The notes below the pieces were generated by a model. That model was not told the origin of the DNA. It worked only from the letters and a program-made list of their open reading frames with translations, and searched no databases. From NCBI GenBank assembly GCA_963575745.1, contig CAUYUJ010000247.1:62001-116373 (forward strand): a stretch of 54,373 nt of DNA, given 5' to 3'. Positions 36,601-46,969 of this stretch are shown in pieces (position 1 is the stretch's first letter; each line of letters begins with the position of its first letter). This DNA is from Prorocentrum cordatum (lineage: Eukaryota). The translations under genes and the position numbers were made by a program.

Positions 36601-38812
36601 CGGCTCTTCCGAGTCTGGAGACACGAGGTGTCACACGTGACGGCCTCTTGTGCCCCCTTGAACAGTCGCCACCCAGAATATTGGGTTGGCACGGTGGCGA
36701 GATTTGCCGCGGGCAGCTGGGTAGTATGAATTATGTCAAGACAATGATGACAGTAATAAGAATAGTAGTAATTACTGCAATGCTAATAAACAACAGTAGC
36801 AGTATTATCAGTATGAATACTAGTAATAACATTTCTGATATATATATATATGTATGTAATGTATGTACCACTTGTACAGTAGTGTTTGTCGTAATACATA
36901 TGGATATTACTAGTAAGAGTAATAAAGTCCAGTTTCATAAAGAGAATTCTGAAACTACTTATACGAATAAGCAAACTAATCTAAGTAATATCAGAAGTGG
37001 TGTGAGCTCAAACGGAGTGGCAGAAGAGAATGACCAACGCGCAAATCAAGAGGGCGGGGGCTTCTTTTATAGCAGAACAGCGGACGGCACAAACATCACA
37101 TTTCGGAGGTCCGTGCGGATTTATCAGATCGGCGTTCGACCCCCTGGCCTCCCAGCGCCACCCCTGGCGCGCCCCGCGGACCAGGGAGGCGGGTCCAGCG
37201 CCGATCCGAGACATCCGAGCGGGCCTCCAAAGGTTGATGCTTGCGCCGCTGTTTCTCTTCTAGAGGGACCCTCTCGTTCTGGATTTGCGTGCTGGTCTTC
37301 TTCGAGCCTGCTTTTCGCGCATTTTCTCGCGATGGCGACCATTGCCAGGGGAGGGTGGAGGAGGCTAGTAACGTCACGTTTCGCGCTGGTGCCGCTCGAG
37401 AATTGGCTACCCCTAGCTATTCCCAGACGGCGCCAGCGCGAATCGTGATGTTACCAGGTGGAGGGCGAGGGGGGGGGCGTCCCCAGTAATAGGCGTGATC
37501 GCGAATCTTCAAAGACGCGCTCTTTTCGTGCCGGTTCCTTTTGCGTTCATCCTTCCCCCTCCTCTCCTCGCGTCGCCTTCTCGCCTCCCAGAGAATGGGA
37601 CCGTGCCGCCACTGGGCTTCCGGAGTGGCAGGGTAGCATAGCATAGCGCAGGCAGCCGATGAATGTGATAAAAAAGCCTCCCCCCCCCAGGGCCCCTGGT
37701 TTCAATTGCCGGAGATGGGGAAACCCAATCCGGTTTGCGAGAGCAAGTCGGGCGTGGCTAGGACGAGGGTTCATCCGTGCCAGCGCGTCCCAGAGCGTTC
37801 TGAGAGCGTCTTCGCAGGCCGCGGCGCCAACGGCGCCCTCCAGAGCCGCCGGGTCTCCGAGACTCTCGATCTACCCTCGCCCGACGTTGCTGTCGTCCTG
37901 GCTTCGTCACAGCAGTCTGTCTGGTCACCCCTTGGCGCGCGGCGGCGTCGGGGGAGGCGCGGCGCGCCTCCCCCTTGTTCCGGCAGAGGGGGCGCGCCGT
38001 GCCAGGGGGCGCGCTGTATGTCCCGCTCCCGTTTGCGCACCCCGCGCCCGGCAGAGGGGGGGGCGCGGGGAGGGGAGGGCGCGCCGCGCCAGAAGGGGGG
38101 GGGGGGCTTCCCCTCCGGACTCCCCCCTCCTCCTCCCCTCCTCCTCCTCCTCCTCCTCCCTCCTCCTCCTCCTCCTCCTCCCTCCTCCTCCTCCCCCTCC
38201 CCCCCCCCTCCTGCTCCTCCTCTCCTCCTCCTCCTCTCCTGCTCCTCCTCCTCCTCCTCCTCCTCCTCCTTCTCCTCCTCCCCCTCCTCTCCCTCCTCCT
38301 CCTCCTCCTCCTCCTCCTCCTCCTCCTCCTCCTCCTCCGCCACCCCGCGCTCAGCAGGGGGCCGCGGGGAGGGGAGGGCGCGCCGCGCCAGAGGCGGGGG
38401 GCGCGACGTAGTGGGGCCGAGACGTAGGAGCGAGGTCGGTTCGGGGAGGGCACCCTGATGCTCTTCGCATTAGTTGGCTGCTCTTGTGCGTCCTGGGGGA
38501 GGGCACCCCCGAGTGTTCTGTGTGGTTCGGCCGGCGGAGGGTTCGATGCTCTGGCAGGGTGGTCTTCTGTCCTGGCTCCGGCCGTAGGGTCCGGCACCCT
38601 TGTGAGATGGGATGCTTTCAGGAGTGCCTCTTGCGTGTTGCCCACGTTTTCGCATAGCTCCTCGGCGGCCCAAGGGGCCTCCAAGAGGGCCTTCGGGAAG
38701 GCCCGCGGGGCCAGACTCGTCGGCCTCTGCCTCCCCCCGGCCCTCCGGCGGCCCGAGCCGGCCCGAGAGCCTCCCAAGATCGCCCCAAGGTTGCCCAAGA
38801 GGCTTCCAAGAT

Positions 38813-39134
38813 TCACCGAGCGCGTTCCACTACTCGCAAAGTGCCTGCACATTGTTCATTTCTACTTCTTCGAAAGTTGTTTGATTTCTCCGGGGACCAA
38901 GATCCTTCCATCTCTAATTGTTCTGCCCTGGGCCTTCTCCTGGCCACTAGAGGGCTAGGAACAATCAGAAACGAACACAATTAGAAATGAGCACGGTTAG
39001 AAATGAACGACGTGTACTCGCAAACCTGCGAAACACAGATGTCTGGCTCGATGCCATTTCTCGCAGGTCTCCCCCCGCGGATCCAGGCCATTTGCGGGCA
39101 GTCACTTTGCGAGTAGTGGGGCGCGCTCGCCGAG
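38813..39134. mobile_element. MITE family B carrying a nested family C MITE (38848-39014)
   Basis: B's TIR GTGCC-TA-CTCGCAAA is split by the 167-bp C element: GTGCCTG|CACATT...GACGTG|TACTCGCAAA. Confidence 0.85.
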
Positions 39135-39785
39135 AGATGGCCCCCAAGACGGGCCTGGCCCTGGGCCGCCAGGGGGGGGGGGGGGGGCGCGCCCCCGGGT
39201 GCAGTCCGACTCGTTCAGGAGGGAAAGAAGCACACACAGACACAATTCATCGTCGATTCCCCAGAACATACGGGAACATATGGGAAGTGGGGGGGAAGAC
39301 AAAAACCCAGGCACAATTAATCGTCGATTCCCCAGAAAATATGGGAGAATATGGGAAGTGGGGGGAAGACAAAAACCCAGAAACTAGGGGGAACTATGGG
39401 GAATATCGTGTTATTTGTGTGTCTTTCTTGGTGTGTCCTGTGGCCCCCTGCACTCGTCGCCCCGCCGTCGGCGGAGCTCCATGGCGCGCGCCAGCCCTGG
39501 GCGCAGCGGGGCCGCAGGGGGCCTAGCTTTGGGAGTCGCCCCCCCAAACCTCCCTCCCTCCCTCCCCCCCCCTCCCTCCCTCCCTCCCTCCTCCTCCTCC
39601 TCCTCCCCCCCCCCACTCCTCCTCCTCCTCCTCCTCCTCCTCCTCCTCCTCCTCCTCCTCCTCTCCTCCTCCCCCTCCTCCTCCTCCGCCTCCTCCTCCT
39701 CCTCCTCCTCCTCCTCCTCCTCCTCCTCCTCCTCCTCCTCCAGGCCGCAGCTGTCTGCAGAGTCGCCCCCCCTTTCTCATCGCCG

Positions 39786-40096
39786 GAGTGCGTTGCACTG
39801 CTCGCAGAGTGCCTGCTCGCAAATGTCTGCAACAAAAACAGGGGGCCGCACGCGAACCCTGCCCCTACCCCCCACGATCTCTGAGGGGGAGGGTGGGGTT
39901 CGCTTCGCTCGGGAGCTCCCGAACGAAATGAGCCCCACCCTCCCCCACAGAAATCGTGGGGGGTAGGGGTAGGGTTCGCATGCGGTCCCCTAAAAAACAC
40001 ACACATGTCTGCTTCGATGTAGCTTATCGTAGGTCCCCCGGCGGCGGATCCAGGCCCTTTGCGAGCAGTCGCTCTGCGAGTGGTGGAACGCGCTCG
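39786..40096. mobile_element. MITE family B carrying a nested family A foldback MITE (39841-39990)
   Basis: Flanks collinear with 16643-16787; insert is a 150-bp imperfect palindrome centred on GGGAGCTCCC. Confidence 0.8.
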
Positions 40097-40103
40097 TCTA
40101 CCC

Positions 40104-40247
40104 CAGGGGTGGACCTAAATGGTGTTTTGGCGATTTCGTGGCCCGTTTTCGTTTCGACTTCGTTTTGCCGTAGAGGTGGACTGAAGACAAAACGAGGGAA
40201 AACGAAAACAACACGAAATCGAAAAACACCGTTTACGTTCAGCCCTG
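40104..40247. mobile_element. MITE with ~60-bp imperfect TIRs starting CAGGG (hAT-like terminus; no clean TSD)
   Basis: CAGGGGTGGACCTAAATGGTGTTTT..CGATTTCGTG vs CACGAAATCGAAAAACACCGTTTACGTTCAGCCCTG. Confidence 0.75.
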
Positions 40248-40550
40248 CCCCTCCCCCGAACCTTTCTCAATTGCCAGTCCTCGCCAGTCTGAAGCAAATA
40301 AGACCCTCCCGCCTTCTTGATTAGTCAGGAAGACGATGATCGGGTTGGGAGGATGGGGCTGGAAGAAATGAGGGTATCCTTACCCGTAATCGGCCGAATG
40401 TATCGTTCCTTGCATCCAGTTGCTGTTGCTCATGCCCTTCATCCTCCCAGCCCTCTCCTCCCAACACGAGACTTATTCTTCTCAATCAGAGGGCCGCCCC
40501 CCCCTGCTACTCCCTCCGCTACCCCTCCCCAGCGCGCGCGGTCCTTACAG

Positions 40551-40658
40551 GAGCTCCCGCTTCCCCTCGTGGACCCGGACGCCAAGGCGCGGAAGGGCTA
40601 CCTCGCCAGTCGCTCCGGGAGCAAGCCGGGGCCCGCGGTCCCCCGGGTGGCGAAGTGA
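40551..40658 (+). CDS. Candidate host exon ELPLPLVDPDAKARKGYLASRSGSKPGPAVPRVAK (terminal, or spliced just before TGA)
   Basis: CCTTACAG|G acceptor in phase 0; strongly GC3-biased codons. Confidence 0.6.
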   Translation, partial: ELPLPLVDPDAKARKGYLASRSGSKPGPAVPRVAK

Positions 40659-41515
40659 CCGCGGGGGGCTACCGCGAGGCTGGCGCCGAGATCTCTTCGA
40701 CGATTCGTTTTTTCTTCCCCGGGGCAGGGGAAGCAGTCCTCGGGGAACAAAAGGGGTTGGGACCTCGTGGGGCCGCGCCTCGGAAGTGCCGCCTCGTCGG
40801 GCGCGTGGGCGCGCGCGATGCGGCCGCCCCGGCGGGAGATGCGCAGGCATGATCACGGCCGCGCGTCTGCCCGCGCGCTCGGCCCCTCCTCGGCCGGGCA
40901 CGCCGGGTCTCCGCGTGCGGGCACGGGGCGAGCTCTCGGGGACGTCGTGCCTCGGGGGGGGGGGGGGATGGCCAGGGGGGGGGTGGGCATCATGGCGGGG
41001 GCCGCGACACCTCCCCAGGTCTCATAGGGGCTAGCGCCTCTGCTCCTTTCAGGGCGTCCCTGGCCCCCCCCCGCCCCCCGCCGGGCCGCGCACGTGCCCC
41101 TGGCCGTGATTCCCCTGCTCTTGGGCGCCCCCCTCGTTGAAGGGGCCCCGAGACACACAAATAGATACACACACAAATAAAAGGATTCCCCCATCTTTTC
41201 CTATACTTTCTAGGTTTTTGCCTCCCCCCCCCCACGTCCCATATTTTCCATATTTTCCTGGGAATCGACGCTTCATTGTGTCTGTGTGTTTTGTCCCCTC
41301 CTGACTCTTGGCCGCTCCGGAGTGCCTGGCACTTCGGGCGCACTCGCCGGTGTCGGCCGTGCAGCAGCAGGCGCACCAAAGCGGAGGGCGGCCTGCCCGC
41401 AGGTGCCCCCCCCCGGAAGTGTGCACGCGAGGGCTTCGCTCACCCACCGACGCCCTGGGGCACCCCAGTTCGATGCTCGTTTTGGGGACCTTCTTGGGGG
41501 CCACCTAATGGATCT

Positions 41516-41647
41516 GTTCGACTCAGGTTCGACTCAGGTTCGACTCAGGTTCGACTCGGGTTCGACTCAGGTTCGACTCAGGTTCGACTCAGGTTCGACT
41601 CATGTTCGAGTCAGGTTCGACTCAGGTTCGACGCAGCTTCGACGCAC
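41516..41647 (+). repeat. 11-bp tandem array (GTTCGACTCAG), 12 units
   Basis: Direct inspection. Confidence 0.9.
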
Positions 41648-42074
41648 GAGTGGAGCGAGTGGCTCCAGGAAGGTCCCCAGAATGAGCATCTAACCCCAGG
41701 AAGCTCAGAGGTCAACGAAGAACGAGCCCCTACATTCTAGGCCTCCCAGGCGGGGTCCGAGTCGATGGGGCCCGAGGATCGCGCCGCATCGCCGATGCCT
41801 CGAGGAGGCCTGTCTCTCTATATACTTCCTGTAGCAAGATGTCTTTTCGCAGTTCGGCCGTCGGGGGGCGGGCTCCTTTCTCCCGTCAAGAGGGGCCACG
41901 CCTCTGGGGCGTGGCTGCGAGGCGTCAAGCGAGCAGAGCTGAGCGTCGAGCATCACTCGTGACACTGGCAAGCAAGCTCGAGCATCGTGAAACGGCCCTC
42001 AAGGCTGCCCAACGATCACACACACCCACACATATATATATATATATTTCTCTCTCTCTCTCTATGTCGTATCG

Positions 42075-42280
42075 GGGAAACGTAGGACTCGAGTAAGCCA
42101 GAACTCGGGTTAGCCGAAGTTCTTTGACGAGCGCGTCCAGGATCTTGACGGTCCAGTTTTCGTGGGATGTCTGCAGCGGGAGCCCGCGTCAAGCTTCCGG
42201 CCGGACCTCGTCGTTTTCGCGATGGCCCCCGTCGGGCCAGCCCGAGTCCCCCGTGCCCGAGTCTTACGCCTCCCCGATCG
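42075..42280 (+). repeat. Dispersed repeat, copy 2 (copy 1 at 10110-10315)
   Basis: Collinear similarity over about 200 bp. Confidence 0.85.
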
Positions 42281-42792
42281 TATACGCGCTTGCAGCACCT
42301 GGGACCCCGAAGGGGCCAGGGGCCCTCCAGTGCCCCGCTCTCACTCCTCGGAGCGCCGCCGACGGCGAGCCGCTCGCCCGGCGCGCGCACCCGCGCCCTT
42401 CCGGCGCGGGTGGCCCCCGCGTGCCCGCCGGGCAGCCGCGGGCTCTCTGCGCGCTGCAGCCATCGAGTGGCCTCCGCACGCGCCGCAGGCGGGCCCCGTC
42501 GCCGAGGGTGCCTCCCCGGCGTCCTGGAGGAGGAGGAGACGGAAGAGGAGGAGGAGGAGGAGGAGGAGGAGGAGGAGGAGGAGGAGGAGGAGGAGGAGGA
42601 GGAGGAGGAGGAGGAGGAGGAGGAGGGGAAGCCCAGGGGGGATGCATCGACCCCCAGTCGCCCGTGCATCCCCGGCGGCGGTCTGATCGCCCGCCCCGCC
42701 CAGGAGGGTGCGGACTCGCTACCGGGGGCCTATCGCCGATCTGTCGGCGATGTCTCGCCGCTTCCATGCCGATGTTCCCCCCCCCCGGGTAG

Positions 42793-42940
42793 CCCTGACC
42801 TTCCAGGAGGGCTAAAAAGTAGCACCTGACTTAAAAACCTATCCCAGAGCTATTCTACGTCTTGGTTTTAGGCTGTTTCGCTTAGCTTTTTAGGTTTTTA
42901 GGTCTCCAGTGCTAAAAAATAGCTCTCTGGAAGGTCAGGG
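42793..42940. mobile_element. MITE with perfect 14-bp TIR CCCTGACCTTCCAG and AG on both flanks (CACTA/CMC-like)
   Basis: 42793-42806 vs 42927-42940; AG at 42791-42792 and 42941-42942. Confidence 0.8.
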
Positions 42941-43929
42941 AGCCAGTCCCCCTCCGCCGTTCCCCGCCGCAGGACTTGTAGTTGGCCGGCCCTGTCTGGT
43001 GGTCGCGCCTGCCTGCTCTTCCCAGCCCAGGCTCCGAAGTCGGGGTGGGCCTCTTTTCTAGGAACTAGAGGGGTGAGGAGAGGGCGGTCTGGGTGGGGGG
43101 CAGTGGCGCACCATGTAGGAACGACTTTTCCATATCAGGCGCTATTGTTGCAGAGCGAAGCCACTTATGTGGACCTCCTCATGCTCCTCCCCCCTCCTCG
43201 GACGGCGTGTGCAGCATGGCCTACGATCACTTCTTGTGCAGGCAGGCGAGCAACCAAACATGCTTGACTTAGGTGAGGTCTGTCGAGAATTTTCACCGCG
43301 CCCTCCTTTGAAGCGCGGGTGGTCGATGCTGCAGTGGCTTTCCAAGGCCTAGTAAGCTGGGGCAGACGACTGGAGCGAAGGTGCACCTTGCCCAGAGGAA
43401 GGCGCCCGATCGCCCTGCCGCCCTCGCACCTCCGTCCCCCTCTCTCGTGGTGTAATTATACGCTCCCTCTCTTCATGCCGGGCTGCGGAAACTGTGAACC
43501 CAAAGCAGTTCTTATCTCTTGGGGGGCAACTCCTTACTTCCGCCGGCTTCCGCCGACCTCCGCCGGCGGAGGCGGCCTCGTTTGATTCCCGCCGCCTCTC
43601 GCCGCCCTGCCGCCGCCTTCCGCCGAGGCGGAGATGGCAGCTCCCTCGACCCTCGCAAGCGAGGCCCCTTTCGGAACGCTCCAGGCCAGGCCACCGGGCT
43701 GCGCCACGCCCGATCCAGCTCCGTCGGGACCCGTCCCCGGGCCCCTCCCGGGACCCGGCCGTGGCCACGAGGGCGCCCCCCGAGGCCCAAGGCGTGCCCG
43801 GCACGCTCGAGCGCCATCGCTGCCGCGCGCCTCCGCCCGCCCCCCTCCCCCTCCCTCCGGGGCCAAGCTGCTCCCTTCCGTCCCCTCGGGCCTCCCCTCC
43901 TCAGGACTCCCTTTGGCAGGACCTGGTGG

Positions 43930-44310
43930 CTCGAGGGCGGCTCTCGACGCTCGCCGGCGTGGACACGTGAGCTTCACGGTGCCGTCAGTCTCCATGGCAG
44001 TCGCGTGCCAGCTGGGCGCGGTGCCCAAACCGCCCACGGTTCCGACAGGCTCCGTGAGTGCGCGCAGTGTCAACGAGGCTCCACCAACATGGGGTCGTCC
44101 CTGCTGCCCGCGCCGTGGTTCTGATTAGCTTCCACGTCGTGCCGTATGGGCCCCCTATCACATTTTGTGTTTCTGCCGCTTGGGCTTCGGAGGGGGCCGA
44201 GGACTCTTTTATGGACCCTCTGCCAACGAAGACGTCCATAAAGACGGTCCAAACGCACCTCCACATTCTTTACACCGTAACCCAATATACCAGTTAACCA
44301 CTTGCTCATG
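43930..44310 (-). mobile_element. Possible highly degenerate LINE C-terminal fragment
   Basis: HEQVVNWYIGLRCKECGG and LV...HGAC...QLARDCHG loosely resemble the LINE ORF2 C-terminal Cys/His region; abuts (CCT)n. Confidence 0.35.
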
Positions 44311-44719
44311 CTCTCCTCCTCCTCCTCCTCCTCCTTCTCCTGACCCTTCTCCAATCCTCCTCCCCTCCTCCTCCTTCTCCTCCTTATCCTCCCTCTCCTC
44401 CCCCTCCTCCTCCGCCTCCTCCCCCTCTTCCTCCTCCTCCTCCTCCTCCTCCGCCGCCCCCTTCTTTCGGACTGGGATTTCGCAGCCAGGAGTGCTTGCG
44501 AAATCCCAGTCCGAGGCCATTTCGCAGGGCCCCCCCCTTGTGTGTGCGCTCGGTTCTTCCTCCTCCTCCTCCTCCTCCTCCTCCTCTTCCTCTCCTCCTC
44601 CTCCTCCTTCTCCTCCTCGCCCTGCTCCTCGTCCTCGTCCTCGTCCTCCTCCTCCTCCTCCTTCTCTTCTTTCGCAGTTCATTGCTCTTCATCTGGATGG
44701 CGAGCCCGAGCAGGCGCTT

Positions 44720-45640
44720 CGGTGAAAATGCGTGCGCGGATGCGAGAAGGGGGGGGAGGGGAGGGGGGGGGCAACATGCGCCTGGCGCGTGCGGGTGGGG
44801 CACGTATTTTCTAGGCAGGGCTCCGGCCCCTGGTTCTTTTTCCGTCTGCGGGCTCAAGCCCTTCCACCAGAAGTGTGTCGAGCAGCAGGCGTCGGAATGG
44901 GACAAGTGAAAACACGTGTTCGGAGGGGCTGTCTCCAACATGAGTCTCACGCACGCGTGCGTTCGGCATGTGTGTTTCACATGTTTCTGGCTACGAAGGG
45001 GCCGCAGGCGAGGGACCCAACTTGGCCCGCCAGATTGTTTACACGGAACTGTACGTGTGCAGAGTGGGGGACCCAACATGCGCCTGCCGCGTGTGCGCGG
45101 GACACGTATTTTCACGTGTCCGCGGTCCCTCCAAAAATACGTGCGCGGAGGGGGCAAGATGCGCCTGGCGCGTGCGCGCAGGGACATGTATTTTCACGTC
45201 GACGTGTCCACGGCCCCCGGGTGGGAACCAAATTGGGGGCGGGGGAGATTCAACATGCGCTTGGCGCGGGCTTGGCGCGTGCGCGCGTGGGGGGAGCCCA
45301 ACATGCGCCTGGCGCGTGAGCGCGGGGCATGTGTTTTCACGTGTCCACGGCCCCCAGGGGGGGGACCCATTTTGGACCCGCCGGAGTCTTTACACGTAAA
45401 CATGCGTTCGCGTATGGGGGAGGGCACCATGTGCCCGGCGCGTGCCGGCAGGTCACGCGTGTTCAGCCCACGGCCCTCAGGGGGGGGCCGAACTCGGGCG
45501 CGTCGGATTCTTTCCGCGGGAGAATGCGTGAGCGGAGGGTGGGGCCAACGTGCGCCTGGCACGTGCGCGCGGGGCACGTGTTTTTTTTGCATGCCCACGG
45601 CCCCCATGGGTGACCCAGCTTGGTCGCGGTGGATTCTCCA
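44720..45640 (+). repeat. Degenerate tandem repeat rich in alternating purine-pyrimidine
   Basis: AACATGCGCCTGGCGCGTGCGCGC..TTTTCACGTGTCCACGGCCCC recurs about 7 times. Confidence 0.75.
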
Positions 45641-46240
45641 CACTTGCGCAAGCGCCGCCGAGCAGGAGGAAAATGACGATGGGGAAAAGGAAGGTGGAGG
45701 CAGGAATATGATGACGAGGAGGAGGATGGAGGAATGATGGAGGAGGAAAGAAGAAGGAGGAGGATGAAGAGGAGGGTGGGGATGATGAGGAGCAGGGGGA
45801 GGAGGGTGAGGAGGAGGAGGAGGAGGTGAATACGCAGGACGCGCAGGAAGTAGTGGTTGCAGCCACGCAAAGGGAGTCAGAAAAAGTTCGACTCAAGTTC
45901 CTTACAGGGTTTGTGGCCCCCTCAAGTTTGCACGATTTATGGGTGCTCGCCGATTCGGTCTTTCGAGCCTCCACAACCGCAGAAGATGCCCCCAAGCATC
46001 ACACCTCGCCCCAGAGATCCCTAAGAGTGCTTCAGGATGGGCCCAGGACGGTTCAAGAGGGTCCTAGTCTATGATCCAAGGTGTCGGGCGTCCACGTCCC
46101 CCCCCCCTGATGGTATGGGTCCCAGGGATCCCACGTCCCCCCCCCGGGGGGTGCGGCGGCGACGACGACGGCAACGACGACGGCGACGACGACAGCGGCG
46201 ACGACGGCGACGACGACGGCGAAGACGACGTCGAAGCGAA

Positions 46241-46274
<34 letters not shown>

Positions 46275-46969
46275 GCGACGACGTCTGCGAAGACGACGGC
46301 AACGACGACCACAGCGAAGACGACGACGATGACGGCGCGGCCTTCGCTGACGATTACGTCGGAGACACGCACGCAAGCGCGCACGCGCACGCACGCACGT
46401 ACACACGCACACACACAACCACCTCGCAGCACACCATACCACACCCAGAGGGGGGGGACACGCACGCACGTGCTGCGCAAACCACCACACCACAGCACAC
46501 CACTGCACCACGCCACACCCACAGGGGGTGGGCTGGGGGACACGCACGTACGCACGCACGCACGCACGCAAACCATCACACCACACCACGCCACACCCAC
46601 AGAGGGGGGGGGGGGGGCGGGGGATCCGCATGTACGCACGTACGCACGTGCGAAAACCACCACACCACACCACAGCACACCAAAGGGGGGGGGCACCCAT
46701 CATGGGGGGGGGCTGAACATCATGCCATCTGGTGGGGGGGGTGGGGGGGAGGGCAGACCCTGATGTACCAAGAAGGCTCCAGGTCTTCCCGAGAGGGCGC
46801 CTGGAGGGGCTCACACAGCCGGCGAGAGCCCCGCCACGGCCCATCAGGGCCTCCAGACCGCTGGAGGCCATCAGCAGACCACGCTGCCTTGGCCGCGGTT
46901 GCGGCGCTTGCGCCTGCACCGACGCCGCCTGGATCCTGCCCCGCATCTAGATCGCTCCTTGATCTTGGA

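Noticed and set aside
41460..41700. tRNA gene
   Set aside because: B-box-like motifs are tandem; no A-box or cloverleaf is evident.
43060..43510. Unique mid-GC segment, possibly a retroelement fragment
   Set aside because: No diagnostic motifs in any frame.
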